In this document: one piece after another, positions 47,630 to 56,008 of the stretch
Layout: the number at the start of each line of letters is the position of its first letter
Numbering within the stretch: position 1 is the stretch's first letter
DNA from: a virus
DNA length: 64,000 nt
Reading direction: 5' to 3' (one strand)
IMG/VR virus record: IMGVR_UViG_3300034071_003115
Coordinates: 15,110-79,109 of that record
Program-made: the position numbers and the translations under genes
Notes under the pieces: model-generated
The model's database searches: none
What the model saw: only the letters and a program-made list of their open reading frames with translations
What the model was told of the DNA's origin: nothing

Positions 47630-48024
47630 ATCAATCAACAAAAGAGTTCCGCCAAATCGTTGAGTCGTGGGCCGATGCTCGGAACATGACCAAGAAAGAG
47701 TTATACCGCTTCATGTCGACCCACTACGGTCGATCTGGATATTGGATGGACGTTCGCGACCGAGGCGTGATCACTCCGACAGAAGAAGATCTCGAATGGC
47801 TGCGAGAGAAGATCGACGCAGACCAGGGGAAGGATCGCATCCAAGATATTGAACAGTATCAATGCTATGACTGCGAGGACAGATACCCAGGCCTGCCGTT
47901 TTATACCATGATCCCGTCGACCGTGCAGGAATATGGAGCATTCTTGTGCCAGTTCTGTTTCAAGGGACTGGAGAAGAAGGGATTCGTTCCCGACCAGGCT
48001 GACGACCCTCGCCAGATTTTCTAG
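47626..48024 (+). CDS. Hypothetical protein with C-terminal CxxC pairs
   Basis: ATGA coupling. Confidence 0.6.
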   Translation: MNQSTKEFRQIVESWADARNMTKKELYRFMSTHYGRSGYWMDVRDRGVITPTEEDLEWLREKIDADQGKDRIQDIEQYQCYDCEDRYPGLPFYTMIPSTVQEYGAFLCQFCFKGLEKKGFVPDQADDPRQIF

Positions 48025-48220
48025 CCAGGGGGCGGCGGCGGAACTTCGCATAATAGGCCCCTGAATAACTCAAGGGGTATCTAACTACCACCCCCGACAT
48101 AAACGCGTCTCTCCGTGGCGCAAATCGGCACCTACGTCGACGTCTGAGCGTGCCCTGCGGACCCCCTCCTAATAGCAAGCGAAATAACTCCCGCTATATG
48201 CGATGTGAATAACTGGTGTG

Positions 48221-48296
48221 TGGTAGGGACGCCTGGACTCGAACCAGGAACCGCTGAGATATAAGCTCAGTGCTCTAACCGTTGAGCTACGTCCCC
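48221..48296 (-). tRNA. tRNA-Ile, anticodon UAU
   Basis: GGGGACG acceptor, D arm, CTGAG-CTTATAT-CTCAG anticodon arm, GGTTCGAGTCC T arm, encoded CCA. Confidence 0.9.
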
Positions 48297-48780
48297 GTAT
48301 ATGCATCGTGAATAACTTCTATGCATTATAGGCTGCCGAATAACTGAACCCCTAATAGGAGGCGAAATAACTCAGTCTTCTGGCTCCCGGTAAAAGCCGT
48401 ATGGGTCCCGTGCCGCAGTGATGTCCTTAATGCATCGCATGCACACGACGAATAACGTTTTTGATTCATCTTCTTGCTCGTAGACCAGGGCAACCTCGTT
48501 GCAGAAGTTGCAAATCCCTAGTGGTCTGGGAGTAGGCTCGCTGCCTTGTGCTGTTTTTATAATAACTCCCTATTAGGCGCTGTAATAACTCACGTTTGCG
48601 AGGGAAAACGCAACGAATGCGCTAGGGGCGTTGAGGGAGGGATTCGGGCGGGGGGTGTCGCAGTGTTTTCGACCCGCCACGCCCTCTACCAAAACTATCA
48701 TCTCTTTTATATTCATCAACCCCATCATTATGCACATTCACGCTCAGATATCCACAACGCTGTGCATAAACAGCAATCGC

Positions 48781-49044
48781 TTACCCCTGAGAAATAATCC
48801 CCTCATGCACCGTTTCTCCATCGGCTTTCATACCGTATGCGAGGGATTGGCGCATCTCCCAGTGGTTGCTCTGCCCACACATCAACTGCACACGATTTCC
48901 ACAATCGCATTCACACACCTGCGCTGCATGGCGTGCAAGGGAGAGCCTGAGCTTCCCTTCCTTCCACAGTCCGTAGACTGATTGCAGATCCATCTTGGCG
49001 ATCTCTGCTCGTTCTCGTTCGTTCTCTAGCATTCCTAAGGCCAT
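48781..49044 (-). CDS. Hypothetical protein
   Basis: AGGAGG RBS. Confidence 0.6.
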   Translation of the reverse strand: MALGMLENERERAEIAKMDLQSVYGLWKEGKLRLSLARHAAQVCECDCGNRVQLMCGQSNHWEMRQSLAYGMKADGETVHEGIISQG

Positions 49045-49338
49045 ACGTACCTCCTGGGGTTTGAGTATAAGTCCTATCGGCTTCTATTGTCAAATGCTCC
49101 TTTGGGCGTGCCCCTCGCTGCGCTCGGGTCGGGCTCTCGCCTCACGGTCGAGCCTCGCTGCGGCGAGTCTCGCCCCTACGGGCTTCGATCCCTCACGTGC
49201 GGTCAGTGTCGTCTTCGCTTCGACGGCGCTTCTCGCGCTCGCGGAGTTCGTTCTGTTGTCTCACGGTACCCTTCCCGTTCATCCGCATCCCCTTGCTGCG
49301 CTTCTCTACCTTGCGCTGTCGCTGCTCCCAGTTCTTGC

Positions 49339-49794
49339 TCACTTGGTCTTACCCCACGCCCAGCGTGTCTTTTCGTCAAGGGAATCTCGGGAAGCAAGAA
49401 ACTGCACAAGACCATGGGCGGACTTGTATCTCTTTTCCGCCTTGTACATTTCCCCCAGGTATTCTTGCTCAGTAAGATATTTCTTGCACAGGTAGGCAAA
49501 GCAAACAATCCAATCGTACGTGTGACCCTGATTGGTTTCTATGTGCGCAAGTTCATGCAGGACAACAGCACGGGATGTCGAAAAAAGATAAATCTTTTTT
49601 TCGTGAACCGAGGCAAAAGCGCATTCCTCGTCGGACTCCCCGGTCTCTATCTCCACGATGTCGATGCTCTCCAGTTCGGCAACCTTTTGCGCGAAGGTGA
49701 TAACATCGTTCCAGATTTCGCTAACGGGTGCGCTGTAGACAATCCTAATCGGTATCATCTTCATCAAACTCAAACAGGTGCGCCATGCGCTCAC
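49339..49794 (-). CDS. HExxH zinc metallopeptidase-like protein (start uncertain)
   Basis: VVLHELAHI....GH...W. Confidence 0.6.
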   Translation of the reverse strand: MSAWRTCLSLMKMIPIRIVYSAPVSEIWNDVITFAQKVAELESIDIVEIETGESDEECAFASVHEKKIYLFSTSRAVVLHELAHIETNQGHTYDWIVCFAYLCKKYLTEQEYLGEMYKAEKRYKSAHGLVQFLASRDSLDEKTRWAWGKTK

Positions 49795-50197
49795 ACGGCT
49801 TGTAGAGTTTTCTTGCCCTCTTTAACTTCAACTGAAAATCCTCTGGTGGAAGATACTTCTCTAGCAAGTTTAGATAACATCTTGCCCACTTGTCGGTGTG
49901 GGGGTTTCTTGCCCAGACGTGCGCAACCTCGTGCAACGCCGTGTCGAAATCTTGGGAGCAGAGCGTGATCTCGTGATGTGAATAGATGCTCGTCCCGTAC
50001 GGATGCTTTGCGCCCCACACCTTGCGCGTCTTCTTGTGGTAGTGAAGCTTTACCCTCTTAAGGGGTATGTGATATCTGTCTATCACATCCTGAATCAAGT
50101 TAAGCGTCGGGTCCCACGAGGTGCGGATCAACGTCGGCATCTCTGATGGGACCACGAGCGTAAACGAGAACTCCCTGGAGGGCTTTGATTTTGACAT
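49745..50197 (-). CDS. HExxH zinc metallopeptidase-like protein
   Basis: TALHEVAHV....PH...W. Confidence 0.6.
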   Translation of the reverse strand: MSKSKPSREFSFTLVVPSEMPTLIRTSWDPTLNLIQDVIDRYHIPLKRVKLHYHKKTRKVWGAKHPYGTSIYSHHEITLCSQDFDTALHEVAHVWARNPHTDKWARCYLNLLEKYLPPEDFQLKLKRARKLYKPCERMAHLFEFDEDDTD

Positions 50198-50276
50198 TTT
50201 CAGAGCATACCAGAGATGAAATCAGACTTCCGGTGTGCGATAATCTACTCTCATAAATTATAGAGCGGAGGAGACC

Positions 50277-50579
50277 ATGATCGTAGACCTTACCCAGCCA
50301 ACCCTCAAGGGCCTTATCGGGCCCGAGGTGACCATCGTAGACTTCTGGGCGCCCTGGTGCCAGCCATGCAAGGCCATCGACGCAGAACTGAAGCGGCTAA
50401 GCGAAATGCGTCCAAACGTGAAAATCATCAAAGTCAATGTCGACAGCAACCCGGCACTGGTAGCCGAATACCACATCAAGAGCATTCCAATGGTTTTGAT
50501 TTTTAAGGAAGCCACTGCCCCAGCGGCAATCACGGGAATGACCCGAGCGGAAGAGATGATCAGAAAGTTTGCCCTTTGA
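50277..50579 (+). CDS. trxA: Thioredoxin
   Basis: VDFWAPWCQPC, KVNVD, SIP. Confidence 0.9.
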   Translation: MIVDLTQPTLKGLIGPEVTIVDFWAPWCQPCKAIDAELKRLSEMRPNVKIIKVNVDSNPALVAEYHIKSIPMVLIFKEATAPAAITGMTRAEEMIRKFAL

Positions 50580-50806
50580 GCAGCATTGCCACGATCACCC
50601 GGGTCGAGGGGCATGTCGAGGTTTGGAGCGTTGAATTAAACGGTCAAACCCACGTCGCACTCACCCCGGGTGAGGCACTAGATGCGGTGATGTTCATATC
50701 AGAGAAAAGCTCAATTTCTATTTGCTGGAAAAACGTTCCTCAAGACTTTGACCCCCCTGGGTGGGCAGACCGTCTCCCCCGCCTACCGCCAAGCGCAACC
50801 GCGTAA
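50576..50806 (+). CDS. Hypothetical protein
   Basis: Coupled to thioredoxin. Confidence 0.45.
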   Translation: MSSIATITRVEGHVEVWSVELNGQTHVALTPGEALDAVMFISEKSSISICWKNVPQDFDPPGWADRLPRLPPSATA

Positions 50807-51258
50807 AACTTGTGCCCGCACATTGGGCACTCTGTCTTTTTTTCGTCTAGGTCCATGGGCCCAGGCTCCATTGCCTGACGCACCAGCCTGTCCATGTCTT
50901 CAAGGTCGTAGCCAGTAGAATCAAGGAGACCGTCGACAGCAGTTTCGTAAACCAGCCTTGCCAGAACCTCGTCGTCGTATCCGCCAAGGTCAGAGGCGCG
51001 GTTGTCCGCAAGGAGTATCGCCTTTGCCCTGTTATCGTCAACATCTGCCCACTGAACGGGAATTTTTTCCAAACCCAAGATAAGCGCGGCTTTTACTCGG
51101 TGGTTTCCAACCAATATTCTTCTTGTGCTTTGTTGGCAGACCACAACGCCGTGCCAACCGTTTTTCTTGATGGATTCAACAATCGCGCCAACATCTCCGG
51201 CCCGAGGGTTGTCTGGATGCGGATTTAGCGTTACCGGACTTTCTTCCGTGATTCGCAT
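50740..51258 (-). CDS. ParB N-terminal (ParB/Srx) domain protein
   Basis: P.NPR, I..SI...G, VGNHR..AA..LG, LADNR. Confidence 0.8.
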   Translation of the reverse strand: MRITEESPVTLNPHPDNPRAGDVGAIVESIKKNGWHGVVVCQQSTRRILVGNHRVKAALILGLEKIPVQWADVDDNRAKAILLADNRASDLGGYDDEVLARLVYETAVDGLLDSTGYDLEDMDRLVRQAMEPGPMDLDEKKTECPMCGHKFYAVALGGRRGRRSAHPGGSKS

Positions 51259-51950
51259 TAGCGATCCTTAGGAAAGGCCTTTGATTTCCTGTCTTCAAAG
51301 ATCAGTCTGTCAGCCGCGTACTTTGTTGGCTCTTCGTTTCTTCGGAGAAGCGGGTCGAGAGACTGGTCCTTGCCAATCCAGTCGTGTTTGACAACTCGGT
51401 CAGAAACATAAACCAGTTTTCCAAGCGCTTTCCCAACCTCTGTGTACTCGTTGTCAGCAAAGACTGAGTCATATCCCGGGTAGTAGAGATACCCAAATCG
51501 CTCGTAGTACTTTCGGCCAGCAGCAACGATTGTGCAGTTTTCGTCATAGCCCATGTACTGGTCGTTTAGCCAGACTGCGCCATCGGTGTCGGGGAACAGT
51601 TCAAAGAGCCGCGTGAGCATGACGTCGTCGTACCCCTCCGCGGTGGGGATCATGTCGTCCTGTCCGTTAAACACCATGTCCCAATCATCGCTGGCCTTGT
51701 CCATGTCTGCGTTAATCGCCTCAATTTTGGTTTTTGAGTTTCCGTAAAAATACTTAATGTCAACGCCGCCGTCTATAAGTCCGTTTAGCCGATCTCTTAC
51801 CTGTTCATTGTTCATGCTGACATCATCCTCGTCCATTGAAATGACATATTCGATCTGGTGAAGACCAGAGGACATCGAAATATATTTTGAAAGAGTTTCA
51901 AAGAAAAGAGCTGGCCTTTGCCTGGTTGGGAACTTTATAAGAAGTTTCAC
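51258..51950 (-). CDS. Glycosyltransferase family 2-like
   Basis: KFPTR.RP, DEDD, DDMIP, Y.SVFADNE. Confidence 0.75.
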   Translation of the reverse strand: MKLLIKFPTRQRPALFFETLSKYISMSSGLHQIEYVISMDEDDVSMNNEQVRDRLNGLIDGGVDIKYFYGNSKTKIEAINADMDKASDDWDMVFNGQDDMIPTAEGYDDVMLTRLFELFPDTDGAVWLNDQYMGYDENCTIVAAGRKYYERFGYLYYPGYDSVFADNEYTEVGKALGKLVYVSDRVVKHDWIGKDQSLDPLLRRNEEPTKYAADRLIFEDRKSKAFPKDR

Positions 51951-52501
51951 TTTTCCCTAGATCCGCCGGGGTAGTAGTGATAAATCACTCCCTCGATCTT
52001 TGATTCTTTCTTCAGATACTGCTGAATTCTGTCGGAGTAGGCTCGGTCTTCTCCGTGGTTAATTTCCGGGAACCCGGCTTTCAGAGCATACTTTTTCTTG
52101 ACGGCGTTTAGGTGATTTGGGTATCGATAGTCAATACCATCCTTCGTGTACCAACCCTCGTAGTCGATGGAGTGAACAAAGGTTCTCGGGGAAGAATTCC
52201 CCTGGTAAATAAGGCCAGTAAGGGACGCGCAGTCTGGGTCCTCCTCAAGCGCCTTCATGACCTTATCAATGTAGTCTGGGCTAATCATGTCGTCGTCATC
52301 AATAAATGCAACATAGTCGCCCTGGGCCGCCTCAAGAAGTGCGTTTCTTTTTTCTCCGATTGTTCGTTGTCCAGCGTCCGGGAGAAGCATAAACTCGACT
52401 TCGGTGGTCAACTGCCTTGTCAGCTCGTCGGTCAACTCCTGGCAAAGCTTGCTTCTTTTTTGAAGCGTCGGGATAAGTATTGAAAGCCTCTTCTCTCCCA
52501 T
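51947..52501 (-). CDS. Glycosyltransferase family 2
   Basis: LSILIPT, IGEKRN, A.GDYVAFIDDDD, GED. Confidence 0.85.
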   Translation of the reverse strand: MGEKRLSILIPTLQKRSKLCQELTDELTRQLTTEVEFMLLPDAGQRTIGEKRNALLEAAQGDYVAFIDDDDMISPDYIDKVMKALEEDPDCASLTGLIYQGNSSPRTFVHSIDYEGWYTKDGIDYRYPNHLNAVKKKYALKAGFPEINHGEDRAYSDRIQQYLKKESKIEGVIYHYYPGGSREK

Positions 52502-53502
52502 TATGAGCCACACTCCTTTTCTTTCGCGCTGGCAATCGATTCAGCAACCTGGTCATAAACCCACGCGTATGTCTTTTTCAGCCCGTCACGCAAAGATATT
52601 GATGGTTGCCAGCCAAGCAGTTCTTGAATTTTCGTGTTATCGCTGTTTCTTCCGCGCACTCCCTTTGGCGCGTCAAGGTTGTAACTTCTTTTCAGTTTTA
52701 CACCAGCGATGTCTTCTACGATAGAAACTAACTGGTTTATGGAAACAAGCTCTGATGAGCCAAGATTCAGTGGCTCTACAATGTCGGACTGGGCAATTTT
52801 AATCGTCCCGTCAACGCAATCATCAATGTACATAAACGAACGCGTCTGCTCTCCATCGCCCCAAATTTCAATTTCGTTTTTTCCGGTGATTACAGCGGTG
52901 GCAACCTTTCGGCAGATTGCTGCTGGCGCTTTTTCTCGGCCTCCAGTCCACGTTCCCTTTGGACCGTAAACATTGTGGTATCTCGCAACCCTTGTCTCGA
53001 GACCATAGTCTTCGCGGAAGTGTCGCGCCATTCTTTCCGAGAAAAGCTTTTCCCAGCCGTATCCGTCTTCAGCCATTGCAGGATACGCGTCTTCCTCTTT
53101 AAGCGCGGTGACCTCTGTGTCGGTCTGCTTGTCTGCGGCGTACACACACGCGCTTGAGGAATAGAAGAATCTCTTGACGTTGTTCTCCTTGGCGGCAACA
53201 AGCATGTTCGTGCTTACAAGAACTGAGAGCATGCAGTCTGCCTTGTGGTGCTCGATAAAGCCCATCCCGCCCATGTCTGCCGCAAGGTTATAAACCTCGT
53301 CGGCATCTCGGGTAATCAGTTTGCATACATTTGGGTTAGAAAGATCGGCAGCCGGAACAACTTCAGAGGTGCTTTCCTGCTCCCATTCCTTTAGCGGCTT
53401 CTTGTCCACGGCTACAACGTGGTTCATTGGGTTTGCCGCAAGGCGCGCAGTAAGCCAGCCGCCGATAAATCCGCCAGCCCCGGTCACAACAATTCTCTTC
53501 AT
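52501..53502 (-). CDS. NAD-dependent sugar epimerase (GDP-mannose 3,5-epimerase-like)
   Basis: GAGGFIG, LAADMGGMGF, SSACVY, YGWEK, GGREKAPAA.CRK. Confidence 0.85.
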   Translation of the reverse strand: MKRIVVTGAGGFIGGWLTARLAANPMNHVVAVDKKPLKEWEQESTSEVVPAADLSNPNVCKLITRDADEVYNLAADMGGMGFIEHHKADCMLSVLVSTNMLVAAKENNVKRFFYSSSACVYAADKQTDTEVTALKEEDAYPAMAEDGYGWEKLFSERMARHFREDYGLETRVARYHNVYGPKGTWTGGREKAPAAICRKVATAVITGKNEIEIWGDGEQTRSFMYIDDCVDGTIKIAQSDIVEPLNLGSSELVSINQLVSIVEDIAGVKLKRSYNLDAPKGVRGRNSDNTKIQELLGWQPSISLRDGLKKTYAWVYDQVAESIASAKEKECGS

Positions 53503-53553
53503 GGGCGGCATTATACACAAGTGTGTATAAGTTATTTGACGGTCTAGCTTTAG

Positions 53554-54051
53554 TTAATCTAAAATCTCTATTGAGACCTTCATTACCCCTCGCCCAAGAT
53601 CCACGCCAAGGCGCTCCCAGACCTCTGGTGCCAGGTCAATAAGTCGCGTGTCGTCTGGGTCTTTCTTTCTCCCTTGGCAACCGCAATAGTCAGCCACCCA
53701 AACCTTTGCGCTCTCGCCGCTTACAAGAGAGGTGATTCTGATTGCGTACGGCTTGCCCATGTACTTGTGTCCCATGATTTTTCTTAATTTTGGGCCAGCA
53801 GCACCATAAAGCTTTATGGCATCGCCCCACTTGTTTGGAAGTGTGTACCACGCGTTATTTTTTGTTGCGTCGTACCACGTTGCAAGACCAAGAATTGCTT
53901 TGCCGTCGTGTGACTCCGACGGCTCCTCGTCGTACCAACTGTCTCGCTGGTCAGGGGATAATGCATAAGTGACAGATGTCGGAAGCGCTGGAGCGGAGAA
54001 AATTATCGCCGCTGAAAAAAGCACCGTCCTGACAGCCATCACTAGTGACAT
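53554..54051 (-). CDS. Exported RlpA/expansin-like double-psi beta-barrel protein
   Basis: Signal-like N-terminus; ATWY...D.CG....RLIDL.P..W..LG...G...V. Confidence 0.6.
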   Translation of the reverse strand: MSLVMAVRTVLFSAAIIFSAPALPTSVTYALSPDQRDSWYDEEPSESHDGKAILGLATWYDATKNNAWYTLPNKWGDAIKLYGAAGPKLRKIMGHKYMGKPYAIRITSLVSGESAKVWVADYCGCQGRKKDPDDTRLIDLAPEVWERLGVDLGRGVMKVSIEILD

Positions 54052-54254
54052 CGAATCTTCATCTCCCTACGATCCATCTCCTTGTCGATCTCAGAGATTC
54101 CACGCATTGCATTGCGAAGATACTCCTCAACCGTCCTGTCGCTCTCTCCGTCAAGAAAAGCAACCCAACTAAAAGTAAGGCTTCTTGTCTTGTGCAGATT
54201 GCTAAGTTCTGCATTTCCCATCTGGCTAACTGGCTTCCTTTTTCGATGCTTCAT
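54042..54254 (-). CDS. Hypothetical protein
   Basis: AAGGAG RBS, overlapped in operon. Confidence 0.5.
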   Translation of the reverse strand: MKHRKRKPVSQMGNAELSNLHKTRSLTFSWVAFLDGESDRTVEEYLRNAMRGISEIDKEMDRREMKIRCH

Positions 54255-54567
54255 TTTGCGTCTCCTTCATTTCGTATATCTTCTCCCAAATTTTTAATGC
54301 CATGTGTCTCGCCTCAGAGTATGCGCCAACTTCTGGGTTTGTTTTTATCTCAAGAACCTTGCACAGACCGCGAAGGAACTCGAGATGCCAGACTCCATGC
54401 ACCGCGCCACCTTCTGCTTGATGGCTCCTGTGAAACTCGTTAACCCAATCGCTTGGCCAGCCAGAGTTAACGTAGAAATTCGGGTCAACAATTTCCCGCC
54501 AGTTGTCACCAACGGTCAGTTGAGCCTTCTTGCCCTGCAAAATAGCCAGGGCCGTTGACCTGTTCAT
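54226..54567 (-). CDS. Hypothetical protein
   Basis: Follows tRNA; possibly leaderless (TATAAT just upstream). Confidence 0.55.
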   Translation of the reverse strand: MNRSTALAILQGKKAQLTVGDNWREIVDPNFYVNSGWPSDWVNEFHRSHQAEGGAVHGVWHLEFLRGLCKVLEIKTNPEVGAYSEARHMALKIWEKIYEMKETQNEASKKEAS

Positions 54568-54588
54568 ATTCGCATTATACCAGAAAAA

Positions 54589-54664
54589 TGGCGCCGTCGA
54601 CAGGAATCGAACCTGCGACCAAAGGCTTAGAAGTCCCTTGCTCTATCCACTGAGCTACGACGGC
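54589..54664 (-). tRNA. tRNA-Arg, anticodon UCU
   Basis: GCCGTCG acceptor, CTTCTAA anticodon loop, GGTTCGATTCC T arm, encoded CCA. Confidence 0.9.
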
Positions 54665-54679
54665 GCGCAATGTTTTTCC

Positions 54680-55033
54680 TTACTTCTTTCCGCGAGCAAC
54701 AAGCTCGTATGCTGCGCTGCCAACAAGGAAGTGACTCACCCCCAGCTCCTTGGCAATTCTGCCGATTGGCTTTCGCGTCTCAGCCGCTGCCCGAACAGCG
54801 TCAAGAAGCGTTACGTCCAACTTCTTGGACTTGAAAGTTTGGCGGTTTCTATTTGCGCCATACTTCTCAACCTCAGATCGGTTGTACATGATCCTTGGGC
54901 GACCACCCTTTGGGCCACGACCTGCGCTAACTTTTGCCCATCCGTAGCGCCTAGATGCCTGCACCGCTGCAGAGTAGCTGACTCCGAGAATCTCTGCCGC
55001 TTCGGCGATAGAGACCGTTTTTTCCTTTTCCAT
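54680..55033 (-). CDS. HTH DNA-binding protein
   Basis: SIAEAAEILGVS and IAKELGVS HTH-like motifs; AAGGAG RBS. Confidence 0.65.
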   Translation of the reverse strand: MEKEKTVSIAEAAEILGVSYSAAVQASRRYGWAKVSAGRGPKGGRPRIMYNRSEVEKYGANRNRQTFKSKKLDVTLLDAVRAAAETRKPIGRIAKELGVSHFLVGSAAYELVARGKK

Positions 55034-55142
55034 GACGTACTCCTTTTCTGCTTGGGGTCTTCCATGCCCATTGCCAAGTTAGTCGATATGTTAGCCCCTG
55101 TCAAATCCTCCTCATTGTGAAAAGCACTTAAAATCGGTCAAC

Positions 55143-55310
55143 GGGGGAAAAAGGGTAGGGATAAAGGGGGTAAAAGGGTTATGACTTGTTCTTAAGAACC
55201 TGAGGTATGAAATACCGAAGGTTCTTAAGAACAAGGAATAACCGGGTACAGTATCCATATGGGTCCTGAGGTACGTAGTACCGAAGGAACCATATGGATA
55301 GCTGTACCCG
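55143..55310. other. Non-coding structured region: G-tract cluster plus two long hairpins
   Basis: Five G>=3 tracts 55143-55178; inverted repeats 55185-55235 and 55243-55310. Confidence 0.7.
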
Positions 55311-55627
55311 AAAGGTCAAGGTTATTCTAAGAAATACTGTTACCAGGTATACTGGTATCCATAAGAACCATCTAGTACCTGAGATACTGGTTTTATTGTA
55401 TACAGGAAACCTTCCATGTCAAGACCAAATCACAACTCTGAGCAAGAAAAAACACAAGAGGCAGATCCGGAAGATATTATACGAACATGCCCAAATTGCG
55501 GCGAAAGACTGATTGATAACAAGTGTAAGTTGGTTTGCAGGTGCGGTTATTACGCTTCCTGCTCCGACTACCTGTGATTCGTGTATACTTCCGCCCTGGC
55601 CGTTGATTTCGGCCCGAAAGGAGCAGC

Positions 55628-56008
55628 ATGAAGTTCATTAGGGAAAACACAAAAGTTGACGCGTGGATGGTGCAAAAGGTTTTGCTTTCCAAGGCGCCAA
55701 GAGAAATTTCCGACATCACCAACGCATGCAAGGTGCTTGCGAAAGAATACGGCGTTACGCCAGAAACTCTTAGGTGCTATGCGTCGCTCGGCGTTCCGGC
55801 AAGATCAAAAATCAGAAAAATGATTATCAGAGATTTTTATGACATTGATTCACGGGACTCGCGCATCGCAAAAGAAATCAGAGACGCAGAAAGCAATCTA
55901 TTGCAGTCGATAGAAAACATGGCAAAGACGTTTGAGATCGCGGCAGAGTCAATGCGCGCACTTCGCCTTGCCGTCCAAAGAAGAGAGGAAGTAAGCAATG
56001 ATCATTGA
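55628..56008 (+). CDS. Hypothetical protein (possible HTH)
   Basis: AAGGAG RBS. Confidence 0.6.
   Translation: MKFIRENTKVDAWMVQKVLLSKAPREISDITNACKVLAKEYGVTPETLRCYASLGVPARSKIRKMIIRDFYDIDSRDSRIAKEIRDAESNLLQSIENMAKTFEIAAESMRALRLAVQRREEVSNDH

Noticed and set aside
55185-55310. Hammerhead ribozyme (CTGA...GAA)
   Set aside because: Lacks the CUGANGA/GAAA core and three-way junction
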